Part shown: piece by piece, positions 38,698-46,902 of the stretch
Layout: the number at the start of each line of letters is the position of its first letter
How positions within the stretch are numbered: the first letter of the stretch is position 1
Assembly (NCBI GenBank): GCA_943354475.1
Contig: CALRBT010000003.1
Span: 1,208-65,207, forward strand
Direction: 5' to 3'
Length of the DNA stretch: 64,000 nucleotides
Origin: Parcubacteria group bacterium
GTDB taxonomy: Bacteria; Patescibacteriota; Minisyncoccia; Phycocordibacterales; CALRBT01
Notes under the pieces: generated by a model
Told to the model about the DNA's origin: nothing
Database searches by the model: none
What the model saw: the letters and a program-made list of their open reading frames with translations, nothing else
Made by a program: the position numbers and the translations under genes

Positions 38698-39366
38698 TTA
38701 GAGCCAATCAATTGGCAATTCACTATGAGCGACAAGATATTCATTAGCCTTCTTAAAGTGTCCGCAACCAAAGAATCCATTGTACGCAGAAAAAGGTGAG
38801 GGATGTGCCGCTTCAAGTACTAAGTGTTTGGTACGGTCAATATGGCCACCTTTGCTCTTTGCATAATTGCCCCAGAGCATAAAGACAAGTCCCTCACGTT
38901 CATCAGATAGTTTTGCTACTACCGCATCAGTAAATTCCTCCCAGCCACGGTTTTGATGAGATCCGGCAAGGTGTGCCTGCACCGTGAGAGTTGCATTGAG
39001 TAACAACACACCCTGTTTGGCCCAAGGGGTAAGGTCACCAGTTTTATTTTGCATTGACGTACCATATTCTTGCTCGATTTCTTTAAAAATATTTTGCAGG
39101 GATGGTGGTAATGCCATCCCAACCCCTACAGCAAAACAAAGACCGTTTGCTTGCCCTTCGTTGTGGTACGGGTCTTGTCCCAAAATGACCACTTTTACTT
39201 TTTCAAATGGAGTGAAATCAAAAGCATTAAATATATCCTTAGGCGGCGGAAAAATTTTCTTACTTGTATATTCCCCACGCACAAAATTACTCAGCTCCTT
39301 GAAGTACGGCTTTTGAAACTCCCCTTCCATCTGTCTTTTCCATCCCGCTTCGATTTTGACTTCCAT
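38698..39366 (-). CDS. ung: Uracil-DNA glycosylase, family 1
   Basis: GQDPYHNEGQANGLCFAV, WKRQMEGEFQKPYF N-terminus, HPSPFSAYNGFFG C-terminal motif; start refined to internal ATG (MEVKIEAG...). Confidence 0.9.
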   Translation of the reverse strand: MEVKIEAGWKRQMEGEFQKPYFKELSNFVRGEYTSKKIFPPPKDIFNAFDFTPFEKVKVVILGQDPYHNEGQANGLCFAVGVGMALPPSLQNIFKEIEQEYGTSMQNKTGDLTPWAKQGVLLLNATLTVQAHLAGSHQNRGWEEFTDAVVAKLSDEREGLVFMLWGNYAKSKGGHIDRTKHLVLEAAHPSPFSAYNGFFGCGHFKKANEYLVAHSELPIDWL

Positions 39367-39499
39367 GGTAAATAGTATACAGAGAAATACCGAGTACAAA
39401 AGTCTTGCTTTTCTCTTGGCCTTCAATTAAGGTAATTTTGGATGCACCTTACGCCAAATACCTGGTACGGGGTAAACGTCCAAAGTACACGAGGCAATA

Positions 39500-40198
39500 A
39501 TGTCTAGGCGAGTGGAAAACCCTGAGCTCGATAATATACTCACAGGAGTAGGTATTGGGTACGAGTTAGCCAAAAAAATCCTTCATTTGGTGAAAGATGC
39601 CGGAGGAAACGTCAAGAGATTACTGAAAATGGGCGAGGACCATGACGATGGAATACTCGCTGAGCAGATCCGAATCATCCTTGCCCATCCGATGGCAGTT
39701 GCAATGCCTCTCGAACGTCTGGTGTTTAGAGTTGACCTTCGAGTCAAAGATCGGTCGACATTATGGGCCATGATGGAAATAAACGGAAAGAAAGGTGGTG
39801 TTGTTGATGATGTCTTCAATTACTTTCCTTCTCCGGTTACAACCAGACGGCCACGACATGTAATTGTACGTATGGCTCCGGTGATGCTCAATTTTTTAGG
39901 CATAACCAATTCTGAAGATGGGTTTTGTTCGGCCTTAGAATACCACCAAGCCATCATGATTGGGTTGCAGGAGGCACACCTGGAGTTGATTACGTTCGAC
40001 GATTTCATTGCCTTCGCGGGGCAACATTGGTGGGTAGCAGAGCAGTGTAGTTTAACCTACCCCCACCCGGATCTTGCTATAAACTTATACTCAGAGGCTC
40101 CAAAATACAGGACGGCCCGAATTGACAGAATCAGGGAGGGCGCACGGTATCGCAACATATCCGGCATCTGCTATTGTCCTGTGTACGTCGCCGACTGA
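39500..40198 (+). CDS. Hypothetical protein (232 aa), GC-enriched plus-strand singleton
   Basis: Intact ORF ~47% GC in ~38% background; followed by hairpin and T-tract (~40215-40265); no recognisable motif. Confidence 0.45.
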   Translation: MSRRVENPELDNILTGVGIGYELAKKILHLVKDAGGNVKRLLKMGEDHDDGILAEQIRIILAHPMAVAMPLERLVFRVDLRVKDRSTLWAMMEINGKKGGVVDDVFNYFPSPVTTRRPRHVIVRMAPVMLNFLGITNSEDGFCSALEYHQAIMIGLQEAHLELITFDDFIAFAGQHWWVAEQCSLTYPHPDLAINLYSEAPKYRTARIDRIREGARYRNISGICYCPVYVAD

Positions 40199-40262
40199 GT
40201 TCGAATGAGATACGGAAAATCCCGGGGGAATGAAGGTTCCTCCGGGTGATTTGTTTTAATTT

Positions 40263-40562
40263 TTAAATATGAACGCCTTCTTTGCGAAGGATTTCTACTT
40301 TTTTATCTCGACCACCTCGATTATAGTTGCCTATTTTGCCGTCAGAGCGAATGACGCGATGACACGGAACCTTTGGGTTATAGTTTGATTTCATTATTGT
40401 CCCAACCGCCCGCGCTGCCCCTGGATTTCCTGCGATATAAGCGACTTCTTTATACGTCATCACTTTTCCGCGTGGAATATCAGCGACCACTGCAAGCACT
40501 CGTTCTCGGAAAGTTTTCTTCTCTTTAAATTCTTTTGAAAATGCTGTGGACTGTTTGGGCAT
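40263..40562 (-). CDS. ogt: Methylated-DNA--protein-cysteine methyltransferase DNA-binding domain protein (Ogt/Atl-like, 99 aa)
   Basis: PCHRVIRSDGKIGNY active-site motif with catalytic Cys; stand-alone C-terminal MGMT domain. Confidence 0.8.
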   Translation of the reverse strand: MPKQSTAFSKEFKEKKTFRERVLAVVADIPRGKVMTYKEVAYIAGNPGAARAVGTIMKSNYNPKVPCHRVIRSDGKIGNYNRGGRDKKVEILRKEGVHI

Positions 40563-40580
40563 ATTTTGGAGCTACTCGAT

Positions 40581-41429
40581 TTATCCAAACAATGTTTCTT
40601 TTAACTCTTTAGCTACTTCTGGCTTAGCAACCGCTTTTGGTTTTTTTGATTTTATATGTTCTGCCATCGCCTCACCTGCGGCTTGCCTATAGTTACAGTA
40701 ATCGCAGAGCTGATCTGCTTCAGGAATTTTATCAGAGTTAAGTGTTTCTTTAATTTCGCCAAGTGTCGGCTCAACCCAGTCGGTGTTACCTGAATACGGA
40801 ATCAAAGTAACATCAAATTCAAGTTTGCCATCAAAGGCTTCTCTATCCTTACTTGCATTTGCATAGACGAAGTAGCCTGTATCAGAAACTGGAAACCCTC
40901 GCTCACGCAAGAGCCATTGATAGGTCTCCATCTGTCGCTTGTAGCCAATGTGCCACGCTTCATCTAAGGTTTCAATCTTACTGTCCTTACTGGTTGATTT
41001 GTAATCCACAACAATTAATTCACCCTTTGGATTAACCCAGATGTCGTCAACAGCACCAGAGATAGTAAAGCCAGTTCCTTTGTGGACCGAAACTATTCCC
41101 TTAAAATTTTCACGCCACATGTCCATATCTGGATGATTATAAGGAATGGCATCAATACCATACTGCTTCATGAGTGGATGAGCTGTTTTGGCACTACGAT
41201 GAATATCAAATTCTTTTTTAAAGAGAGCGTCCACCGCACTATTGAGATTAAAAGGAAATCCTGGTGGCCTTGCAGTGCCTAATTTATTGTCGATATAGAA
41301 ACAACGCTTACATTCAGTGAATAGCGCAATCTTTGATCGCGAGAGTTTCCAATTTCTTCCACCATAATTCCACCCCGGATTTCGATGTGGTTTGTAGTAT
41401 TCGGACATGACAGAGAGTATACCATGCAC
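40581..41429 (-). CDS. RecB-family PD-(D/E)XK nuclease with two CxxC pairs (Cas4/AddB-like nuclease domain)
   Basis: D..(n)..VVDYK (D/ExK) followed by QMETYQWLL (QxxxY) - RecB nuclease motif set; N-terminal CKRC and C-terminal CDYC. Confidence 0.6.
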   Translation of the reverse strand: MHGILSVMSEYYKPHRNPGWNYGGRNWKLSRSKIALFTECKRCFYIDNKLGTARPPGFPFNLNSAVDALFKKEFDIHRSAKTAHPLMKQYGIDAIPYNHPDMDMWRENFKGIVSVHKGTGFTISGAVDDIWVNPKGELIVVDYKSTSKDSKIETLDEAWHIGYKRQMETYQWLLRERGFPVSDTGYFVYANASKDREAFDGKLEFDVTLIPYSGNTDWVEPTLGEIKETLNSDKIPEADQLCDYCNYRQAAGEAMAEHIKSKKPKAVAKPEVAKELKETLFG

Positions 41430-41431
41430 TA

Positions 41432-41554
41432 GGGGTTAGGTTGTAGGAATTAGCTTATAGGGGGTTAGGAAATAACCGTGCGCGCCGTAGGCGCGCACGG
41501 TTATTTCCTTTTTTGTGTACCCTAACCCCTATACCCTAGTCTCTAACTCCTACC
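41432..41554. repeat. Intergenic hairpin element, copy 1 (19-bp perfect stem, 3-nt loop, flanked by ctaggggttagg-type arms that are themselves inverted)
   Basis: ggaaataaccgtgcgcgcc-gta-ggcgcgcacggttatttcc (~41468-41508) + TTTTTTGTG; upstream aggggttaggttgtagg...gggggttagg, downstream taccctaacccctataccctag (reverse complement of upstream arm). Confidence 0.6.
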
Positions 41555-42040
41555 CTACCTCTCTTCTCCCTCCATAGACACTACTGAATATTTCTTTATT
41601 ACACGCTCCAAATACCACATCACCGTAAAGAAAAAAAGTGTGAGAAATGTAGTAAAGGTAGCGATCAAGTAGAGTTTGAAACCAACTGACATTCCAATTG
41701 CTGAGGCTACCCACATTCCAGCAGCGGTCGTGAGACCACTGACATGACTGTCTCTGAAGATAACGAGTCCCGCCCCGAGAAAGCCGACACCTGTAACAAT
41801 TGCCCCCGCAACATGAAGTGGGTTAACCCCCGAGAAATGACTGTAGGTTGCCACCACCTGTTCAGAAACAATAATCGACAAACAAGACCCCAGAGAGACT
41901 AGACCAAATGTTCTCATTCCAGCCACTTTTCCAGCAACCACTCGTTCAAGTCCAAGAAATGTTCCTAGTAAGAGTGCTAACAAAAGTTGAAAAAACGCGA
42001 TATTGCTCGGATTTGATGCAATGAATGAGAGGAAAGACAT
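41555..42040 (-). CDS. mgtC: MgtC/SapB-family membrane protein
   Basis: MgtC N-terminal membrane domain consensus (LLGTFLGLER...GMRTFGLVSLGSC). Confidence 0.75.
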   Translation of the reverse strand: MSFLSFIASNPSNIAFFQLLLALLLGTFLGLERVVAGKVAGMRTFGLVSLGSCLSIIVSEQVVATYSHFSGVNPLHVAGAIVTGVGFLGAGLVIFRDSHVSGLTTAAGMWVASAIGMSVGFKLYLIATFTTFLTLFFFTVMWYLERVIKKYSVVSMEGEER

Positions 42041-42043
42041 GGG

Positions 42044-42655
42044 TTAGTTTTCTAGTGCGGTGAACGTAGCGAGAATCGTTTTTCCACTTGAATCAACAAC
42101 AGGGACGTCCTTGCGATAATCATAATTCTTGTCTCCATCATCACTTGAAACAACGACGGCATAAGTTGAGCCGGCTACTGTATTTTTAACCAAATCAACA
42201 TCCAAGTTTGAATAAGTACCAACACCTCGATAGTACGCACCGAGAATGCGTCCAAGCTTACCACCGGTATACTCATAAGCGACAAGCCAGCCAGGACTAC
42301 TGAAAGTAACATTATCAACATATGCCTTATTACCCGCTTTCTGATTATGGGTAGAAATTGAAGCAGTTGCGGAGATAACTGATGCAACGGAAGCGGAGCT
42401 TGGCGTTTCAAGAGTAGCGGTAACACCGGTATTAATCTCCTGTTCTTTTATTCTTATTTGTTCTTTTAGAGAATCAACTTTTTCTTGCATCGCCCCTTTT
42501 AAAGCGGCTTCGGTGTTTGTCGCATTCTCACCAATTGATCCAATACTTTTTGCCAATCGTGCATCCTTTCCTGAGAGCCAGATAAAACAGCCACCAAAAC
42601 CCAAACCAAACCCAATCACTGCAACAATAATCATCTTCTGCGTTTCTGTAAGCAT
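42044..42655 (-). CDS. Hypothetical membrane-anchored extracytoplasmic protein (203 aa)
   Basis: N-terminal TM, coiled-coil linker, Ser/Thr-rich stretch, C-terminal beta-rich domain. Confidence 0.45.
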   Translation of the reverse strand: MLTETQKMIIVAVIGFGLGFGGCFIWLSGKDARLAKSIGSIGENATNTEAALKGAMQEKVDSLKEQIRIKEQEINTGVTATLETPSSASVASVISATASISTHNQKAGNKAYVDNVTFSSPGWLVAYEYTGGKLGRILGAYYRGVGTYSNLDVDLVKNTVAGSTYAVVVSSDDGDKNYDYRKDVPVVDSSGKTILATFTALEN

Positions 42656-42765
42656 AAGCTTTTTGTATATTAGTACTAGCGAATAATAGTGCTAGATTAA
42701 CCCTTATGGTACCAAGGTAAACGTAAAAATCAACTATCTGCTGTGGAATAGCAGGTCGAAATCTA

Positions 42766-43629
42766 TTAAACAAAAGGTTGCGTACAAATAAGTGTCGCCT
42801 CTTGATGAATTTTTTCTGCACGAAGTGGAGAAACTCCGAGTGAATTCAAAAGATTTCTATCATTTTTGATTGAATCACAAAGTACAACCCCTTTATCTAA
42901 AAGCTGAGTTTTTTCTTGTTTTGTTAAGGTGGTTAGTGAGGTTACTGGGTGGACACTGAAATCATGGATAAAATCATAGAGGTTTCCCTTACTCGGGTAA
43001 TCCCAACTCAAGAGTTTTAAATCATTGCAGGAAGCGTACTTAATCGCATTCTCAGTAAAACGAGTGTTGGTTATAATCCACCCCTCAACTGCTTTAGCTA
43101 ACCCAGAGTGGTTTTCATTTCCTTTAGATTCAATGCCTCCACGCTTGATGTCATCTACTCTTGCTTTGACATAGAGCGCTACCTTAAGATCAGATTTAAT
43201 GGAAAGGTCATTGTGAAATTTTGCCTCAACGATAATAATTTTATTTTCATTCTCAGCAATCACATCCACTTCATGCTCAACACAAAAACCTTGCACAATA
43301 GTTCCAACTTTAGTTTTGAAACCTTGTTGTTTAAATACTTCAGCAAGAAAGTCCTCAAATGGAAAGCCGGATGGTCCAAGATCCATAATGGCTCGCTTCA
43401 GTGAATACCTGGCGGCAACAGGTCGTTTATACTTACGAAGCAAAAAGAAAGCGTGTTTGTAAATTTCCTTAGTAGTAATTCCGGAAACCAGCTCATTTCT
43501 TATCTTGCCGGCTACAGTATCAACTGTCACTTCATCGGCGCCAGCGCGCCTTAGCGATTCACGTAGTTTATTCTCATCGAATGACTCTTGATCACCATCA
43601 GCTTTTGTAATGAGTATTCTTTCGGACAT
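42766..43629 (-). CDS. ATP-cone domain fused to Mrr-type (PD-(D/E)XK) restriction-endonuclease catalytic domain
   Basis: N-terminal ILITKADGDQESFDENKLRESLRRAGA ATP-cone signature (NrdR/RNR-like); central Mrr_cat block EHEVDVIAENENKIIIVEAKFHN. Confidence 0.65.
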   Translation of the reverse strand: MSERILITKADGDQESFDENKLRESLRRAGADEVTVDTVAGKIRNELVSGITTKEIYKHAFFLLRKYKRPVAARYSLKRAIMDLGPSGFPFEDFLAEVFKQQGFKTKVGTIVQGFCVEHEVDVIAENENKIIIVEAKFHNDLSIKSDLKVALYVKARVDDIKRGGIESKGNENHSGLAKAVEGWIITNTRFTENAIKYASCNDLKLLSWDYPSKGNLYDFIHDFSVHPVTSLTTLTKQEKTQLLDKGVVLCDSIKNDRNLLNSLGVSPLRAEKIHQEATLICTQPFV

Positions 43630-43670
43630 GTTAGCTTATTAATTTTGATAGCTTTATTCTATCACGAACT

Positions 43671-44753
43671 CTATTCTAAAACGCCACCACCAAGACACTC
43701 CTCGCCATTATAGAGTACCAGAGACTGTCCAGGAGCAAGTGTTGGTTGTGGTGTCGTAAAGACAACGGTTACGGACGTCGGGTCAAATTTTGTAACTTCG
43801 CACTCAAAGAGTGGCTGGCGATAACGAATCCGAGCTTTGTATGATTTGCCAATTATCGGAGCGCCGCTTATCCAGTTTGTCGTAAGGAGTGTTATTTCTC
43901 TTTGCCCTGATACTTCTGGAGTTTCGCTGTGATTGGCGACTGTGATTGTGTTATCTTCAATATTCTTAGCGATAACATAGTAAGGTAAATCATTTGTCCC
44001 TTTCTTGTTGATAGTAAACCCGTGTCGTTCGCCAATAGTAAAGAACCATGAGCCATCGTGATAACCAATGACTTCTCCGGCCTCATTTAACACATCCCCC
44101 TTCTTACTTTCAATATAATGCTTGAGAAAATCTTTCATTGAAACTTTTCCAAGAAAACAAATTCCCTGGCTATCTTTCTTCTCTGCGGTGAAAAGTCCAT
44201 ACTTGCGGGCTAACTCTCGTACCTGAGGTTTTTCAATATTTCCTACTGGGAAAAGGGTGTGTGCCAATTTTTCTTGCGTTAGAGTCCATAGGAAATAGCT
44301 CTGATCTTTATTCTGATCTTTCCCTGCATACAATTGTACTTTTCCATTGGCTTCGACTTTTCGTGCATAGTGTCCGGTAGCCACAAAATCCGCACCTTCC
44401 TTCATTGCAAAATCATAAAATCCACCAAACTTCACTGCGCGATTACACATTACATCAGGGTTTGGTGTCCTCCCTTTCTTATATTCAGCGATCATATATT
44501 CCACCACCTCTTCTTTATATTCTTTCTCAAGATCAAGTGTTAAAAACGGAATACCAAGCTGGGCCGCCACCCGCATGGCATCGAGTCTATCTTCGGTGGC
44601 GCGACACTCGATAAAATCTGGTTGCCAGACTTTTATAAATACTCCAGTAACATCAAAGCCTGCTTCTTTGAGCAAAGCTGCAGAAACAGAGGAGTCCACT
44701 CCACCTGACATACCGACATATACCTTTTTTCCTTTATTTACATTAGTTTCCAC
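43671..44753 (-). CDS. mnmA: tRNA-specific 2-thiouridylase
   Basis: PP-loop VYVGMSGGVDSSVSAALL, catalytic Cys blocks, 360 aa. Confidence 0.9.
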   Translation of the reverse strand: METNVNKGKKVYVGMSGGVDSSVSAALLKEAGFDVTGVFIKVWQPDFIECRATEDRLDAMRVAAQLGIPFLTLDLEKEYKEEVVEYMIAEYKKGRTPNPDVMCNRAVKFGGFYDFAMKEGADFVATGHYARKVEANGKVQLYAGKDQNKDQSYFLWTLTQEKLAHTLFPVGNIEKPQVRELARKYGLFTAEKKDSQGICFLGKVSMKDFLKHYIESKKGDVLNEAGEVIGYHDGSWFFTIGERHGFTINKKGTNDLPYYVIAKNIEDNTITVANHSETPEVSGQREITLLTTNWISGAPIIGKSYKARIRYRQPLFECEVTKFDPTSVTVVFTTPQPTLAPGQSLVLYNGEECLGGGVLE

Positions 44754-44833
44754 AATCTGAGAGTACTAGAGTATTTATCTCTTCGCAACAGCGGCCCGCA
44801 AGCGAAGCTTGCGGGCCCATCTTTCGTAAAGAT

Positions 44834-45385
44834 TTATACTTGAATTGATTGCACTTCGACTGTGGTCTTTGGCTTAACCATCAGCCAATTGATGGGACTT
44901 GACCACTCGCATGTAAAATCAGTACTGCGCTTATAAATATGCCACTTCTTCCTAAAGAACATTCCGAACCCACCACGACCATCGAGATCACTCCTCAAAC
45001 AAAGATTAAAACTTACTGGATTGGAATCAGTCCTTTCGGCATGAAGCACCAAGGCTGGAACTACCCAATCAGGACAAGTGTGTAAACCTTGCTGCGAAGC
45101 GTTATCGCGAATGAGCCCCTCTGTTTCCCAAGGATGTTCATCTTTATTGAGAAAAAGATTCTTCCTTGTAACAAGAGTAGGATCAATCCAATCTGGTCCC
45201 TCACTCCAATTCATAGTCCTCAGAATTCCAGTAAGTTTCAAATCCATTCCCTCATCATGATGAGTTCCTGTGGTACGCTCGAGCAACTCAGCTACTTCTG
45301 ACAGTTTTGGTTTTTGAAGTGTTGCCCAAACGGGACGAAGATTAAGATCTCCCTCGTGTTTATCATCAGCTATCATTTGAAGCAT
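44834..45385 (-). CDS. Hypothetical protein (183 aa)
   Basis: Intact ORF, somewhat GC-enriched; followed (44790-44820) by 11-bp GC-rich hairpin gcggcccgcaagc-gaa-gcttgcgggcc. Confidence 0.4.
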   Translation of the reverse strand: MLQMIADDKHEGDLNLRPVWATLQKPKLSEVAELLERTTGTHHDEGMDLKLTGILRTMNWSEGPDWIDPTLVTRKNLFLNKDEHPWETEGLIRDNASQQGLHTCPDWVVPALVLHAERTDSNPVSFNLCLRSDLDGRGGFGMFFRKKWHIYKRSTDFTCEWSSPINWLMVKPKTTVEVQSIQV

Positions 45386-45394
45386 CCACTCTCC

Positions 45395-45676
45395 TCAGAG
45401 CGGATTTAAGGTTCCATTATTTATCTTCTCTCTGAGTGTCGTGAGTTTCCGTAAAAGCATCGCATCGGTTTGTTCATATTTGTGCATTGACTTAAAGCCG
45501 TCTAGACAGTCGCAACCGTCCATTCGACAGCTCTCCCTGGTTCGCGATAACCTTGCCCATGCAAAGCACCACTCGACACACCATTGCGTCTGAGGAAACA
45601 GTAACTTTAATTTCAAATCATTGCAACAAACTCTAGCCTCTACCACATCCTTAAAACTTGGAAGTCCGGCTTCCAA
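45395..45676 (-). CDS. Hypothetical Cys-rich small protein (93 aa)
   Basis: 10 Cys in 93 aa (CCNDL..., CVEWC, CRMDGCDCLDGF); intact ORF. Confidence 0.35.
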   Translation of the reverse strand: MEAGLPSFKDVVEARVCCNDLKLKLLFPQTQWCVEWCFAWARLSRTRESCRMDGCDCLDGFKSMHKYEQTDAMLLRKLTTLREKINNGTLNPL

Positions 45677-45678
45677 AT

Positions 45679-46686
45679 TTACGGCTTGAGATACTTCATT
45701 CTGTTTGCTTTGTGTTCCTCAAACGTTACTGCGTAGTGAATTACCCCTTCCTTATCTGAGAGGTAGTAGAGATATGGACTTGCTTTGAAATGAAGCGCTG
45801 CGTCAATAGCCTCAAGACCTGGGTTTCCAATTGGACCTATCGGGAGTCCTTTGTTCTTGTATGTATTATATGGACTCTGCATATTTAAATCATCTAACGT
45901 GAGGGTGTCACTCCCCTTTCCGGTAACATATCCGAGAGTAGCATCAACTTGGAGTGGCATCCCTATACTCAAACGTCTCCAAAGAATTCCAGAAACAATG
46001 ATGCGACTCTCAATTGTTTTTACTTCTTTTTCAAGAATTGAAGCCATGATAATAATGTCTTTAAACGAGTGGTTCGTTTTTTTGCTCTCTGATTCTAGTT
46101 TTCGTGTTTTTTCTTTGAAGTTATCTTCCATTCGAGAAATAACTTCTTGAGGACTAACCGTTGAGTTAAAGAAATAAGTGTCAGGAAATAAGTACCCCTC
46201 CTGTAAGCTCGCTAACTTTAGAAATAGTACATCATCAAAAAAAGGGAGTTTATTTTTTAAAACATTTGAAATCTCATGGGTATTCATTCCCTCTGGAATC
46301 GTTACTCTAACTGTTGCGATTCCGTGTTCCCCTTTTGCAATACGTCGAGCAACCTCATAAACCCCAAGCGAGTGGTCAAAGAGATAGTCCCCTGATTCAA
46401 TAGCACGATCATTACCGAACAGTTTAACCAATGTATGGAAGATGGTTGAAGAGTTAACAATGTTCTTCTCTTTAAATTCACGAGAGAGAGAACTCAACGT
46501 TGTACCAGTCTTAATTGTAATAATTGTATTTGCTGGAAATTGCCTTGTTGGTAAAAATAAAACAACAAGAAGAACGAGCATTCCTGTAACGAAAAATATC
46601 ATGAGAGGAAGCAAGATTCTTCTCTTTAAACGTGATTTCTGAACGAACTCTCCGGGTTCTGTTTTTGGTGCTAAGTTTTCCTCCAT
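45679..46686 (-). CDS. mltG: Endolytic murein transglycosylase MltG (YceG family)
   Basis: N-terminal TM, YceG blocks incl. GYLFPDTYFF and LEKE catalytic region. Confidence 0.85.
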   Translation of the reverse strand: MEENLAPKTEPGEFVQKSRLKRRILLPLMIFFVTGMLVLLVVLFLPTRQFPANTIITIKTGTTLSSLSREFKEKNIVNSSTIFHTLVKLFGNDRAIESGDYLFDHSLGVYEVARRIAKGEHGIATVRVTIPEGMNTHEISNVLKNKLPFFDDVLFLKLASLQEGYLFPDTYFFNSTVSPQEVISRMEDNFKEKTRKLESESKKTNHSFKDIIIMASILEKEVKTIESRIIVSGILWRRLSIGMPLQVDATLGYVTGKGSDTLTLDDLNMQSPYNTYKNKGLPIGPIGNPGLEAIDAALHFKASPYLYYLSDKEGVIHYAVTFEEHKANRMKYLKP

Positions 46687-46902
46687 AAAATATTAAGTAT
46701 GACGAATATATTTGGATGCATTCGACCCAGTAGGTCTTTTTGCTAAAAGAGGCGCGAGTCTCGTGTGTGACCAAGCTGTAGTCTAACTACTGTGCGGGAA
46801 CACGCGAGACGAAGTAACAAGCTTCCAGCATAAATCCGCACGGAAGTCTTTTATAAAAAAGATTTTTAATTGAACAAAAGAGAAATGCGCCGAATATATT
46901 CG

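Noticed and set aside
41468-41516. Considered calling the copy-1 hairpin the rho-independent terminator of mgtC
   Set aside because: The U-tract is on the plus strand, i.e. the wrong side for the minus-strand mgtC transcript (which would see an A-tract before the stem); kept as a repeat/hairpin element with possible bidirectional or antisense termination rather than a simple terminator.
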